NCBI GenBank assembly: GCA_965219445.1
Contig: CBDCNQ010000002.1
Span: forward strand, 480,001 to 544,000
Reading direction: 5' to 3'
DNA length: 64,000 bases
Source: Longimicrobiales bacterium
GTDB taxonomy: Bacteria > Gemmatimonadota > Gemmatimonadetes > Longimicrobiales > Gaopeijiaceae
Made by a program: the position numbers and the translations under genes. Positions 30,207 to 39,581 of this stretch are shown piece by piece. The notes beneath the pieces were generated by a model. It was not told the DNA's origin. It saw nothing but the letters and a program-made list of their open reading frames with translations, and did no database searches. The stretch's first letter is position 1. Every line of letters begins with the position of its first letter.

Positions 30207-32777
30207 TCAAACGGACCCGACACGTACTGGGGTGAACAGTCGCCAGAACCACGGCGCGCGCCGCACAGCGATGTCCAGGAAAAAGCTGATCAACGCCAGA
30301 GCGGATAGCCATGGCCACAGCGGTGTCGGTACCGAGGCTGTCTCTCCCTGGTCGTCGAAAATCTCTCCCACTTCGGGTAAGAACTCCCCTCCGGTTTGGG
30401 CAGCGATCTCACCCAACAATTCGGTGTTAGCGGGATAGAGCCGGTACTCGTCACCGTACCTGTAATAGAGTGCCTGCGAGCGGTCCTCGATGCCATTGCC
30501 CGACAACTCGAACCGATACGGTTCCTCCCCGGGGGCGCCGAGGGCATGACGGGCCTGGAAGGTCCCCGGGCCAACCTGCTGGAAGGACAAGGCAACCCCT
30601 CCCCCCTCGGTTCCTACCAGGCTTAGCCGTGGATCGAGATCGGTACGATAGTCACCCTCCTCGGTAAGCGCACTCACCGTAATGAGGGCTTCATCCCCGA
30701 CCCGTTCTACGACGAAATCCAGCTCGCCGCCACCGTCACGCCTCATCGTTTCTCGGACGAGCTGGGACCAGAACTTTCCGTACCCATCCCATGTCAGCCA
30801 ATCGGCGGCCCAGCGGTTCTTGACGTCCGATGTGAAAGCAGCGGTCCTGCCCAAGCCGTATCGCCAACGGGCCAACAGTGGGTTCTCAGTTTCAGATTGG
30901 ATGAGCACTTCGGCCGTCTCCTTGGGCAGCGTCCTCACGTATCCGCGGAGAGGCGGCGCCGCATCCAGATCGATGTCCGTGAAGGCTTCGATCGATGTGA
31001 TCACCGTCGTCTCGACGGCCTCCTCCACCAGCGTGGACTGCGAAGCGATTTGGGTTTCCTGGATGAAGATTCTCGGGACGCGTTCGGCGTCTTGAATAAA
31101 GTAGCTGCGCCCCCTTCCCCACGTCGCAATATCCCCCAGCAGCTCTCTATCCGCCTCCTGGCCCACCGCCACCGACGAGACGGTTATGTCCGAAGCGGCC
31201 ATCAGTGTAACGAGGTCCTCGTAGTCGTCCGCGTAGGTCTTGCCATCGGACAGCAGGATGACGTGCCTCACCTCGGCCTCGGAGTCCGCAAGAGCCTCGA
31301 ACGCCGTCTCCAACGCCGGATAGATGTTCGTCTGGGACCCGGCAATGATGCGGCTGATGAAGTCGTTCATGCGGGACTTCTCGACGGCGGGCTGAAGAGG
31401 CACGGTCACGTACGGAGTATCGTCGAACGTGACCAATCCGAAGCTGTGGCTCGGCTCGAGTAGATCAAGCGCCGCCTTGGCCGCTTCTTTGGACAACTCG
31501 AGCTTCGGGCCCACCATGCTGTACGACTTATCCATAACGATGACGAGGGCCAGGTCCTTCCGTTCCTCGTTGATCTGGAACCATATGGGAAGCACCTCTT
31601 CGATCTCAGACTCGGCATATCCCTCCTCACCGTAGCTCGACTCGCCAGCGGCGAAGATGAATCCGCCCCCGAAGTCCCGGACGTATTCGAGGATGGCGGT
31701 CACCTGATCGCCGCCCAGCGCGTCCATCGGCACGTCGCTCAATAACACGAGATCGAAATTCTCGAGATCCGCAGCCGTCGCTGGCAGTGATTCAGGGCCC
31801 ACCACGATCACGTCCATGCCTTCCGAGGAGAGCGCGTCTCTTAGGTATTGGGCGCTCGCTGCTCTACCCTCGATATAGAGTATCCGGGGGCGTGCGCCGA
31901 CCGAGATCGCCTGCGTATGAAGATCGTTTTGGCCGAGCGGGTCGTTTTCACTCTCGAGCCGTCCCGAAAGCGTCCCCGCACCTCCCGCCGGAAGCCGTAC
32001 CTCGAAGTCGACCTCGTTGATTCCGGGCTCGAGGCTCACGTCCCGGGTCTCGAGTGTCTGGCCGTCGCTGACCAGCGCGACCGTGGCGATGGAGCCCACA
32101 CGGCTGAACACACGCACAGTCGCGGTGACCGGCTCCTGCTCGCGGAGCTCATCCGGCAGATCGATCGACTCGACCCAGCTGTCCCCCTCGCCCCGAACCG
32201 TGGCTGGAAGCGTGAACACGCGCACGTCATTCTCCTGCGCCTCCCCCAATAGCCGAGATACGCTTCCGGCGTTCTCGTTGCCGTCCGTAATCAACACGAG
32301 ACGCTTGAGATAGCGCGGATCGAAGCTCCGGAACGCGCGCGCCATGGCCGATTCGAGATTCGTGCTGCCCTGGTTGATCGAACGGTTCGATCCGTCGGCC
32401 GAAACTTCGACCGACCGGATTCCCTCGGCCGTAGCCGCGGCTCGAGCCGATCCACCGAAGGCGAGGAAGGCCGCGTGCGCCGGATCCCCCCGAGCATTGG
32501 TCGAGGCGATCCAATCGATGGCCGTACTCACGAACTCCGGATCGATACTGCTCGATACATCCAGTACGTAAACGACGGACATCCATTTCCCCGACCGATT
32601 CCAGACGGGCTCGATGAGGGCGGCAACCAAGAAGACCACGACCGCGATCCTGAACGCCGCGGCGACCGCACGATGCCGGGGTGACGAGCCCCGCGTAGAG
32701 TGCTGAGAGAGCCGCCAAATGAACGGAACCGCGGCCAACCCCAGAATCGGCCACCAGCGAGCGAATTCGATACTCAT
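30207..32777 (-). CDS. Membrane-anchored double-VWA protein with glutamine-amidotransferase-like domain
   Basis: MIDAS motifs DVSSS/ITDG and DKSYS/LSDG; YGLGRTAAFTSD..RW; ATG 32777. Confidence 0.85.
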   Translation of the reverse strand: MSIEFARWWPILGLAAVPFIWRLSQHSTRGSSPRHRAVAAAFRIAVVVFLVAALIEPVWNRSGKWMSVVYVLDVSSSIDPEFVSTAIDWIASTNARGDPAHAAFLAFGGSARAAATAEGIRSVEVSADGSNRSINQGSTNLESAMARAFRSFDPRYLKRLVLITDGNENAGSVSRLLGEAQENDVRVFTLPATVRGEGDSWVESIDLPDELREQEPVTATVRVFSRVGSIATVALVSDGQTLETRDVSLEPGINEVDFEVRLPAGGAGTLSGRLESENDPLGQNDLHTQAISVGARPRILYIEGRAASAQYLRDALSSEGMDVIVVGPESLPATAADLENFDLVLLSDVPMDALGGDQVTAILEYVRDFGGGFIFAAGESSYGEEGYAESEIEEVLPIWFQINEERKDLALVIVMDKSYSMVGPKLELSKEAAKAALDLLEPSHSFGLVTFDDTPYVTVPLQPAVEKSRMNDFISRIIAGSQTNIYPALETAFEALADSEAEVRHVILLSDGKTYADDYEDLVTLMAASDITVSSVAVGQEADRELLGDIATWGRGRSYFIQDAERVPRIFIQETQIASQSTLVEEAVETTVITSIEAFTDIDLDAAPPLRGYVRTLPKETAEVLIQSETENPLLARWRYGLGRTAAFTSDVKNRWAADWLTWDGYGKFWSQLVRETMRRDGGGELDFVVERVGDEALITVSALTEEGDYRTDLDPRLSLVGTEGGGVALSFQQVGPGTFQARHALGAPGEEPYRFELSGNGIEDRSQALYYRYGDEYRLYPANTELLGEIAAQTGGEFLPEVGEIFDDQGETASVPTPLWPWLSALALISFFLDIAVRRAPWFWRLFTPVRVGSV

Positions 32778-34624
32778 ACGGTCAGTCGCCTGTGGTAGGT
32801 GACCCACTCCGTCACCACCAACACCAGCGCCAGGAGGAGAAGCAAGATCCATAACTCATCGTTCGGACCGGGCTGCGCCCCCGCCAACACAGTCGACGCG
32901 GCGGCCGTGATCCCGCCCGAGGCGAGTCCCGAATCGTTGACGGAAGACCGCTCGGCGCTGGCCAGGTTGACGGCCACCCGAAGCCGTCTGTCACCCTCGG
33001 CCACTACGGTGTAGAGACCCGGCTGATCCGCCAAGAAGACCGTGCGATCGGACAGCGGCCAGGCGACGATCTCGTTGCCCTCGAGGTCTGTGATCGTGGC
33101 CATCGGAAGTGGCACCTCGACCCGACCCGGCGCTCGGGCCAGCGCAACCTGCTCATCCATCAACCAGCTCAAAGCGTTGGCGAGGAAAATCGGGAAGCCC
33201 GGTTGAAGCGGGAAGTTCGAATCCTCCAGCGCAAACGACACGCGCACCATCCGATCTCCTTGGTCACTGACCACAACCAGCGGCAGAGACCTGTTCCCGA
33301 CCACGACTTCGGTGGCCGACCCACTTCCTGGATCGCCGGCAGAAGACGCTGGCTCCGAATCGAGGCCCGCCGGTACGGCGATACGCGCGGCCCGATCGAT
33401 ACGTAGATCCTCGAGCGCCACAAAGCGGAGCACCGGATGAGCCGGATTCCGATCCGGTACCTCCGTAACCTCCACGATATCGAGCGTCCGGGTAAGCCAC
33501 TCCGCATCGGGCGGCAAGAACAGCAACGCCGGGCCACCTGGTGCCTGGGGCGGAGCGAAGCGATCGAAGATGTATACGTCCGCCGAGACCTGGGGACTGT
33601 ATTGAGCCGGGCGGATCACCTCCAGGGACAGCCGCGGCTCGTCCGCTAATAAATTTTCGAGGTACAGGCTGCCCGACGTAATCAGTGCAACCCGAGTCTG
33701 AGTCCGGATCGGCAAGAAGCCGTAGGCGTAATCATCGGCCGAGAACGCATCTGGGTCCGCCGTAACCGCGGCTCGTACCGGCCCACGTCCGAACCCGCTC
33801 AGATCGATGAACCGCGAGCGTGATTCGCCCGCCAGGAGGGTCAGCGTATCTCGTACGCCTCCTTCTACGCTTCCACTCAATCGAAGCGTGACCTGCTTCG
33901 AGACGGGCGACGCGTTCTTCAACTGGACAAAGGCATGGTAGCGCGTCGGCTCTGAAGGCAAGGCCTCTATTTCAAAAGCCGTGATGCCGACGTTATGCGC
34001 GGGCTCGAAAACGGAAACCACTCTCGCCTCCGGCGGAGCCTCGTCCACCATTACTCCGTCGGAGATGAAGAATATCTCGGACTCGGCGTCGCCGTCGGGC
34101 AGATCAGGGAACTCGGACGCACCACCGAGGGACACGGTGAGGCCGGCGAGCACCTCCAAAGCGGCCCGCCGCTCGCCGGGCTCCCCCGGTGGGGCCTGAC
34201 CCGACGTGTCGAGAATGAGGAACTTCCCGCTCGCGCTCCCCTGCCTCAGGAATCGGCCCGCGTGCGCCACCGCGTGCTCCCAACGTGTGAACCCGTCAGC
34301 GCTACGGGTGGCCATGGTCACGGAATTGTCGATCACGACCGTGATGTTGCGGACGTCTCTGCCCGGGGAGGAAAGCTCGGGACGCCCGATCCCGGCCGCG
34401 ACGGAAAGGCCGATCGTCAGCGCCAGTATCAACGAGAGCCACCATCGCAATCGGTCGAAGAACGTGTTCCTTTTCTTTTCCCTGAGTAGGCGGTCCCAAA
34501 GCAGGGTCGACGGGACGACCACTCGCTGGGGTGGCGGCTTCAGCCAATACAGGTATACGATGGCCACTACCGTGGTACCTAGAAGGACTCCCGCCAACGC
34601 CGTGCTCAATCCAAGAAAAATCAT
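32774..34624 (-). CDS. BatA-type N-terminus plus VWA domain protein
   Basis: LYWLK....VVVPSTLLW, IDNSVTM, ISDG, C-terminal TM followed by EW; ATG 34624. Confidence 0.85.
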   Translation of the reverse strand: MIFLGLSTALAGVLLGTTVVAIVYLYWLKPPPQRVVVPSTLLWDRLLREKKRNTFFDRLRWWLSLILALTIGLSVAAGIGRPELSSPGRDVRNITVVIDNSVTMATRSADGFTRWEHAVAHAGRFLRQGSASGKFLILDTSGQAPPGEPGERRAALEVLAGLTVSLGGASEFPDLPDGDAESEIFFISDGVMVDEAPPEARVVSVFEPAHNVGITAFEIEALPSEPTRYHAFVQLKNASPVSKQVTLRLSGSVEGGVRDTLTLLAGESRSRFIDLSGFGRGPVRAAVTADPDAFSADDYAYGFLPIRTQTRVALITSGSLYLENLLADEPRLSLEVIRPAQYSPQVSADVYIFDRFAPPQAPGGPALLFLPPDAEWLTRTLDIVEVTEVPDRNPAHPVLRFVALEDLRIDRAARIAVPAGLDSEPASSAGDPGSGSATEVVVGNRSLPLVVVSDQGDRMVRVSFALEDSNFPLQPGFPIFLANALSWLMDEQVALARAPGRVEVPLPMATITDLEGNEIVAWPLSDRTVFLADQPGLYTVVAEGDRRLRVAVNLASAERSSVNDSGLASGGITAAASTVLAGAQPGPNDELWILLLLLALVLVVTEWVTYHRRLTV

Positions 34625-35511
34625 CTGAGGAACCGACCCTGGCGGAAAACCTGAAGGATCAGGTCCTCGAACGGGACGTGCGTCGTGGTCCGCAAATAAC
34701 CCCAGCCGTTCTTCCTGCAATAGCCGCCGACTTCCTCACAGTGCTCCTCGAACTGTTCGCCATAGGCCTCGAGGAGCGCCGGCGTAACCCTGATGCGCTG
34801 GGATGTCCCGAGTTCCGCATCCTCTAGAAGCACTTCGTCGGGAAGGTCGGGATGCGCCTCTTCGGGGGTGTAGACATGGACGGCGAATAGATCCTGCCGA
34901 AAGTAGCGGAGCATGTCGAATGCCTTCGAGAATCCCTCCTGATCCAGGAAATCCGACACCACCACCACCAGTCCACGACGCCGACGAGCGGAGAAGAAAG
35001 CCTTGAACGCCTTCTCCATCGAAGTTGCCCCACCAGGCTCGGCGGACTCCAGAAAGCGAAACGCGTGCCAGACCTGGTGTTTGCCCCGACGTGCAGAGAG
35101 CTCGTGCGCAACGCCGTCGGCGAAGCCGACCAGGTTGACGCGATCCTGGTTCAGGAGCCCCACGTAGCACAGCGCTGCCGCGATCTTTCGGGCGTAGTCG
35201 AACTTCACGGGAGTACCATGGTCCATCGACCCGCTCGCGTCGAAGAAAATGTAGATCGGAAGGTCCGCCTCCTCCTCGAAAAGTCTCAGAATCAGCTTGT
35301 CGAGACGCAGATACGTACGCCAATCGACGTTCTTGGTGTCCTCACCAGATACGTACTGCCGGTAGTCGGCAAACTCGATCCCCGCATCGGTCTTCTTCTT
35401 GGCCCGATGCTCCCCATGCAGGTGTCCCGGAATCATGTGATTCGCGACGAGGTTCAAGTATTCGAGCTTCTTCAAGAACTCGTCGTCGAAGAGCGTGCCC
35501 TTCTCACTCAT
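34621..35511 (-). CDS. DUF58 family protein
   Basis: EFADYRQYVSGED...VDW, DASGSM, VSDF. Confidence 0.9.
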   Translation of the reverse strand: MSEKGTLFDDEFLKKLEYLNLVANHMIPGHLHGEHRAKKKTDAGIEFADYRQYVSGEDTKNVDWRTYLRLDKLILRLFEEEADLPIYIFFDASGSMDHGTPVKFDYARKIAAALCYVGLLNQDRVNLVGFADGVAHELSARRGKHQVWHAFRFLESAEPGGATSMEKAFKAFFSARRRRGLVVVVSDFLDQEGFSKAFDMLRYFRQDLFAVHVYTPEEAHPDLPDEVLLEDAELGTSQRIRVTPALLEAYGEQFEEHCEEVGGYCRKNGWGYLRTTTHVPFEDLILQVFRQGRFLR

Positions 35512-35535
35512 CCGCTGAACACCGGGCCCACCGAC

Positions 35536-36534
35536 TTACTCCGAGGGCTCCGGAGTATCCTGCATGATAGCCTCCAGGATCGTGTCGGTGTCGATCCGCT
35601 CCGCTTCGCCCTCGAAGTTGAGCAGCACGCGGTGGCGCAGCGCGGGAAGCATAAAGGCCCGAATATCTTCGCAGGACACATGGACGCGGCCGTTGAGCAG
35701 CGCGTTCACCTTACCCCCGATCACGAGGGTCTGAGTTCCACGCGGACTGGCCCCAAAACGTGCGTAACGCTGCGTCAGCGGGTGCGCGTACGGCGTATCG
35801 GGGTGGGTCGCAAGGGTCAAGCGGATCGCGTAGTCCTGAACGGATCGCGCGATCGGGACGCCCCGGGCCGTGTTGCGCATCTCCAGGATCTCTTCCCGGT
35901 CGAGCACCGTGCCCGCCTCGGGCTCTTCGCGGCGGGTGGTCCGGTCCATGATTTCGTGCATGTCATCCGGTTCCGGATACTGGATTTTCAGCTTGTAGAA
36001 GAACCGATCGAGTTGTGCCTCGGGCAGCGGGTAGGTCCCCTCCATCTCTAGCGGATTCTGAGTGGCGAGAACGAAAAAAGGAGGTGAGAGCCGGTGCGTG
36101 GTCGTACCGACCGTGACGCTGCGCTCCTGCATCGCCTCCAGGAGCGCGGACTGGGTCTTGGGCGTGGCACGATTGATCTCATCCGCCAGCAGGATGTTCG
36201 TGAAGATCGGACCTTCTTGGAAGGCGAGATGTTTTTCGCCCGTGTCGCTCTCGTGCACCACGTCACTCCCCACGATGTCGCCCGGCATGAGGTCCGGCGT
36301 GAACTGGATGCGTGAGAAGCTCAGATGGAGAACGTCCGCGACGGTCGCTACGATCTTGGTCTTCCCGATACCCGGGATACCCTCGAGCAGCACATGTCCT
36401 TTGGAGATCAAGCTGATCAGGGTTCCATCGATAATTTCATTGTTACCGACGATAACCCTGGAGATCTCTTCCTTGACCCTCCCGAACTGCTCGGTGAACT
36501 CACTGACCTGTGTGTCGAGTTGCGTGGTCGTCAT
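35536..36534 (-). CDS. moxR: MoxR family AAA+ ATPase
   Basis: GIPGIGKT, RIQFTPDLMPGD, DEINRATPKTQSALLEAM, PLPEAQLDRF. Confidence 0.95.
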   Translation of the reverse strand: MTTTQLDTQVSEFTEQFGRVKEEISRVIVGNNEIIDGTLISLISKGHVLLEGIPGIGKTKIVATVADVLHLSFSRIQFTPDLMPGDIVGSDVVHESDTGEKHLAFQEGPIFTNILLADEINRATPKTQSALLEAMQERSVTVGTTTHRLSPPFFVLATQNPLEMEGTYPLPEAQLDRFFYKLKIQYPEPDDMHEIMDRTTRREEPEAGTVLDREEILEMRNTARGVPIARSVQDYAIRLTLATHPDTPYAHPLTQRYARFGASPRGTQTLVIGGKVNALLNGRVHVSCEDIRAFMLPALRHRVLLNFEGEAERIDTDTILEAIMQDTPEPSE

Positions 36535-38123
36535 TGTCTCTCGTCGGGCCGAATGGCCAAGAAATATTTTTTTACGAGGCTTCGGTACCGCCAGGGGATT
36601 CGCTCGGCGTTCAGCGCCGAACCCTGGGAGTATTCCGAAGGTGCCCGCACGTCGCGGTACTGCACGATCGAACTCTGCTGACGACTGGCCTCCTGGAAGA
36701 GATCCTCGGGATCCAACTCCCGCTCTTCTTCGGCAGACTCGGGTGCAGAGCCTGCGATCACCTCGAGCGCGAGCTGCGCTTCCAAAGTCGTGCTGGCGCC
36801 GAGCTCGAGGCCACCACCTGATGGATCCCCGGTCGCATTGCCCGCCGGCCCACCCTGGTTCTCAGGCGAGCCGCCGTCGGAGCGAGTGACCTCGGAGGAC
36901 GGCGATGCCACCGACGCGTCGCTCGACTCACCCGAGATGGATTGGCTCTGGGCCATCTGCATTTCCGTCAGTCCTGGCGAGCCCCCACGTTGGGCCATCG
37001 CCTGCTGCATCGCCTCAGCCGCTTCCGAGGCCTCGTTGTTCGCTTCCTGGCGTGCCTGCCGTTCAGCTAATTGCTCGAGCGCGGCCGCAACCCGTTCCAG
37101 CGCTTCCTGGGCATCGGAAAGGCGGCCCTCCGAGATCGCAGCGGCGGCCTCTTCCAGCGCGGCGAGCAACTCGTCGATGACCGGCTCATCGATGTCCGAA
37201 GCCGCCTGCAAACGGTCTCCCAAGTCCGCCAGATCCTGGCCGGTGAGGTCATCGAGTTGCTCGGAAAGATCACGCAGGCCCTCGGCCGCTTCGGAAAGAT
37301 CCTGGTTCCTCAAAGCATCAGCGAACTCGGCCAGTTCATTCGATCCCCTGAACTCTTCGAGCAGCTCCTCGAGAGCGTCGCGAGTGGCAGCCATCTCCAG
37401 ATTTCCCTCGTCGAGCGCGTCCTGAGCCTCCCTCAAGTCACGGAGAACGTCATCGAAGGACGTTTCAGCCGCCTCGAGTTCCTCAAGCACCTCCTCGAGC
37501 AGAGCCAGGGCCTCCTCATCCAAGAGCTCGTCGCCCTCGCCATCGATGAGGTCACGGATGTCGTCAGCGTACGCCTCCTGCTGGCGCTCGAAACGGCTGG
37601 AGTCCGATGCGGGCTCGAACGTCAGGAGCGGGCCCTCGGAGGGCAGGAAGGCCATTGCTTCCAAGAGTCCAAAGAGCGCAAACGCGACCCCGAAACGTTT
37701 TGGGATCGTCACTGGAACCAGGCGCCGCGGGTCCAATCGGCGAGCCGTCTCCGCGGCACGCCCGACCAAGAGATCGACCCAGGGCGAAGAATCGCCCCGC
37801 CGCATGAACCAGTACGCACTCTTGATTTCGTCGTTCAGATCGGCGCGCTGATCTACCACTCCGGCCGCCCGCTCTAGGCGCCAACCTCCGACTTGGGACC
37901 AAACGAGGAAAGCCAGGAAAGCGGCCGCCCCAGCGCTGACGATCAGGTCACCTGGCGGCACGCTGACGGGAACCAACAGGGGAGCCGCTTCGATAAGCAG
38001 CAGGGCGCCGAGCACCAAACACGCGGCGATCGACAAGTGTTGGAGCGTCTGGTTGAAACGAACCTTGAGATCGATACGCCTGAGCACCGCAGTGATCGTG
38101 GACCGCTCGGTGGCCCTATTCAC
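36531..38123 (-). CDS. Membrane-anchored acidic coiled-coil protein, first gene of the MoxR operon
   Basis: About 3 TM segments, long E/A/L-rich helices, C-terminal IPWRYRSLVKKYF; stop overlaps the moxR start. Confidence 0.75.
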   Translation of the reverse strand: MNRATERSTITAVLRRIDLKVRFNQTLQHLSIAACLVLGALLLIEAAPLLVPVSVPPGDLIVSAGAAAFLAFLVWSQVGGWRLERAAGVVDQRADLNDEIKSAYWFMRRGDSSPWVDLLVGRAAETARRLDPRRLVPVTIPKRFGVAFALFGLLEAMAFLPSEGPLLTFEPASDSSRFERQQEAYADDIRDLIDGEGDELLDEEALALLEEVLEELEAAETSFDDVLRDLREAQDALDEGNLEMAATRDALEELLEEFRGSNELAEFADALRNQDLSEAAEGLRDLSEQLDDLTGQDLADLGDRLQAASDIDEPVIDELLAALEEAAAAISEGRLSDAQEALERVAAALEQLAERQARQEANNEASEAAEAMQQAMAQRGGSPGLTEMQMAQSQSISGESSDASVASPSSEVTRSDGGSPENQGGPAGNATGDPSGGGLELGASTTLEAQLALEVIAGSAPESAEEERELDPEDLFQEASRQQSSIVQYRDVRAPSEYSQGSALNAERIPWRYRSLVKKYFLAIRPDERQ

Positions 38124-38247
38124 TGTCGACCTTTTCCAAGATCGGGCGGCTGAACGTATTGTGCATCATTGGGAGCTCCCGGTGGACCGACATAGCAGGC
38201 TAAACTGACGCCGCCGCCGAGAGCGAGCAAGTGAGACGCAGGTGCTT

Positions 38248-39453
38248 CTATTTCGAAACCGTGTTTCCGCCCGCCTTTTGACCACGGTGAAGGGCCCTGC
38301 GAGCGGCCTGGGCAACCGCACCGAATCTGGCGGACCATCCCTTCTCTTGTCCGCGTTCGGCCACGCCGACCGTCACGGTCAGGGACCACCGCGCCGTGGG
38401 ATACCGCGTGGTTCCATCCATGCCGTTTCCCGCCGCCTTGGGGCGCAGCGGGAACTGGAAGTCCTCGATGTCCGCGCGCAGGACCTCGAGGTCGCCGAGG
38501 ACTTCGTTACGCCCCTTCCCTGCAAAGATGAGCGCGAAGTCCTCGCCGCTGTAACGGAACGCGCTGGCACCCGCCTTCCGCAAATTGTTGGCGATTTTTC
38601 TTATGACGCGGTCGCTCGCGTCCCGTCCGTGACGGTCGTGGAGGGTCTTGAAGTTGTCGATACTCACCAAGGCCAGTGCATAAGACGATTTCACGCGCCT
38701 GGCCTCACGCCACAAGGCTCTTCGTGCTGGAAGGTGCGTGACATTGTCATGAAGGGAGAGGGCATACGACTTCTCGAGCACGTTTACGATCAACATGAGG
38801 CCGGCCATCGTCAGGTAGATCGTCGACTCTAGGGAATCGGGTCCGCCTCGCAGAGCCAACACAAGCGCCGCGGTCACCCAGAAGAACCCTTTGTCGAGGC
38901 GATGGCCCCTCCATCCGGCGAGTCCTCCGGTGACCAGGAGCGCCATCAGGCCCACCGCCAGCGCCGCATCCGACAACTGAAGTCCGGAGAGGTCCCAGGG
39001 AAGGAGAGCTTGCCACGTCCACGACAGGAACTCCGGACGCACCGCCCAAACCATGAGCCCACCGGCCAGCCCCGCCGGGATGATCGCGACCTGGATGAGC
39101 CCCCGAGGAGAGAGCGCACCCCGATCCTTCATCGCCGCGACGATCGGCAGTAGAAACAGGAACAGCACGCCGCTGGCATCCCAAACCGACCCAGCGCCGG
39201 GCTCCAACGTGGAAGTCGAGGGTCGGAGGAGCACGTCCATCATGAAAAGGCCGAGCAAGACTGCTGCCGCGCGGCTGCGGCGATAACGCCAAGCGAGAAA
39301 CACCCCGCCACCGTACACGACCGGCGCATACACGCCGGCTGCCCCCGCGAGCCAGGGAGCCTCCGTCCAGAACGTGGCCAGCAGGACGCCCAATAGGAGG
39401 AAAATCAGACCGGGCCAGACCCAGCCTCGCACGACTCTTACCTTCTTCGACAT
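38248..39453 (-). CDS. Membrane protein with degenerate GGDEF domain
   Basis: About 7-8 TM segments, then HDNVTHLPARR, SIDNFK.LHD.HG, FRYSGEDF. Confidence 0.85.
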   Translation of the reverse strand: MSKKVRVVRGWVWPGLIFLLLGVLLATFWTEAPWLAGAAGVYAPVVYGGGVFLAWRYRRSRAAAVLLGLFMMDVLLRPSTSTLEPGAGSVWDASGVLFLFLLPIVAAMKDRGALSPRGLIQVAIIPAGLAGGLMVWAVRPEFLSWTWQALLPWDLSGLQLSDAALAVGLMALLVTGGLAGWRGHRLDKGFFWVTAALVLALRGGPDSLESTIYLTMAGLMLIVNVLEKSYALSLHDNVTHLPARRALWREARRVKSSYALALVSIDNFKTLHDRHGRDASDRVIRKIANNLRKAGASAFRYSGEDFALIFAGKGRNEVLGDLEVLRADIEDFQFPLRPKAAGNGMDGTTRYPTARWSLTVTVGVAERGQEKGWSARFGAVAQAARRALHRGQKAGGNTVSK

Positions 39454-39581
39454 TTATTCAGGTGGGAACGCGGTGATGACCCGAGGGTCGGCGAACCGAA
39501 ATCGGCTCCAGTAAGAAAACTAAGAAGCCCTGGGGGCCGGGGGCCAGGAGTTTTTCGGCTCGAAGCCGAGGAAGTCCGAGA

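Noticed and set aside
39551..39570. TCGGCT-CGA-AGCCGA hairpin after lnt as a terminator
   Set aside because: On the lnt strand the hairpin is followed by As rather than Us, and on the plus strand the T run precedes it
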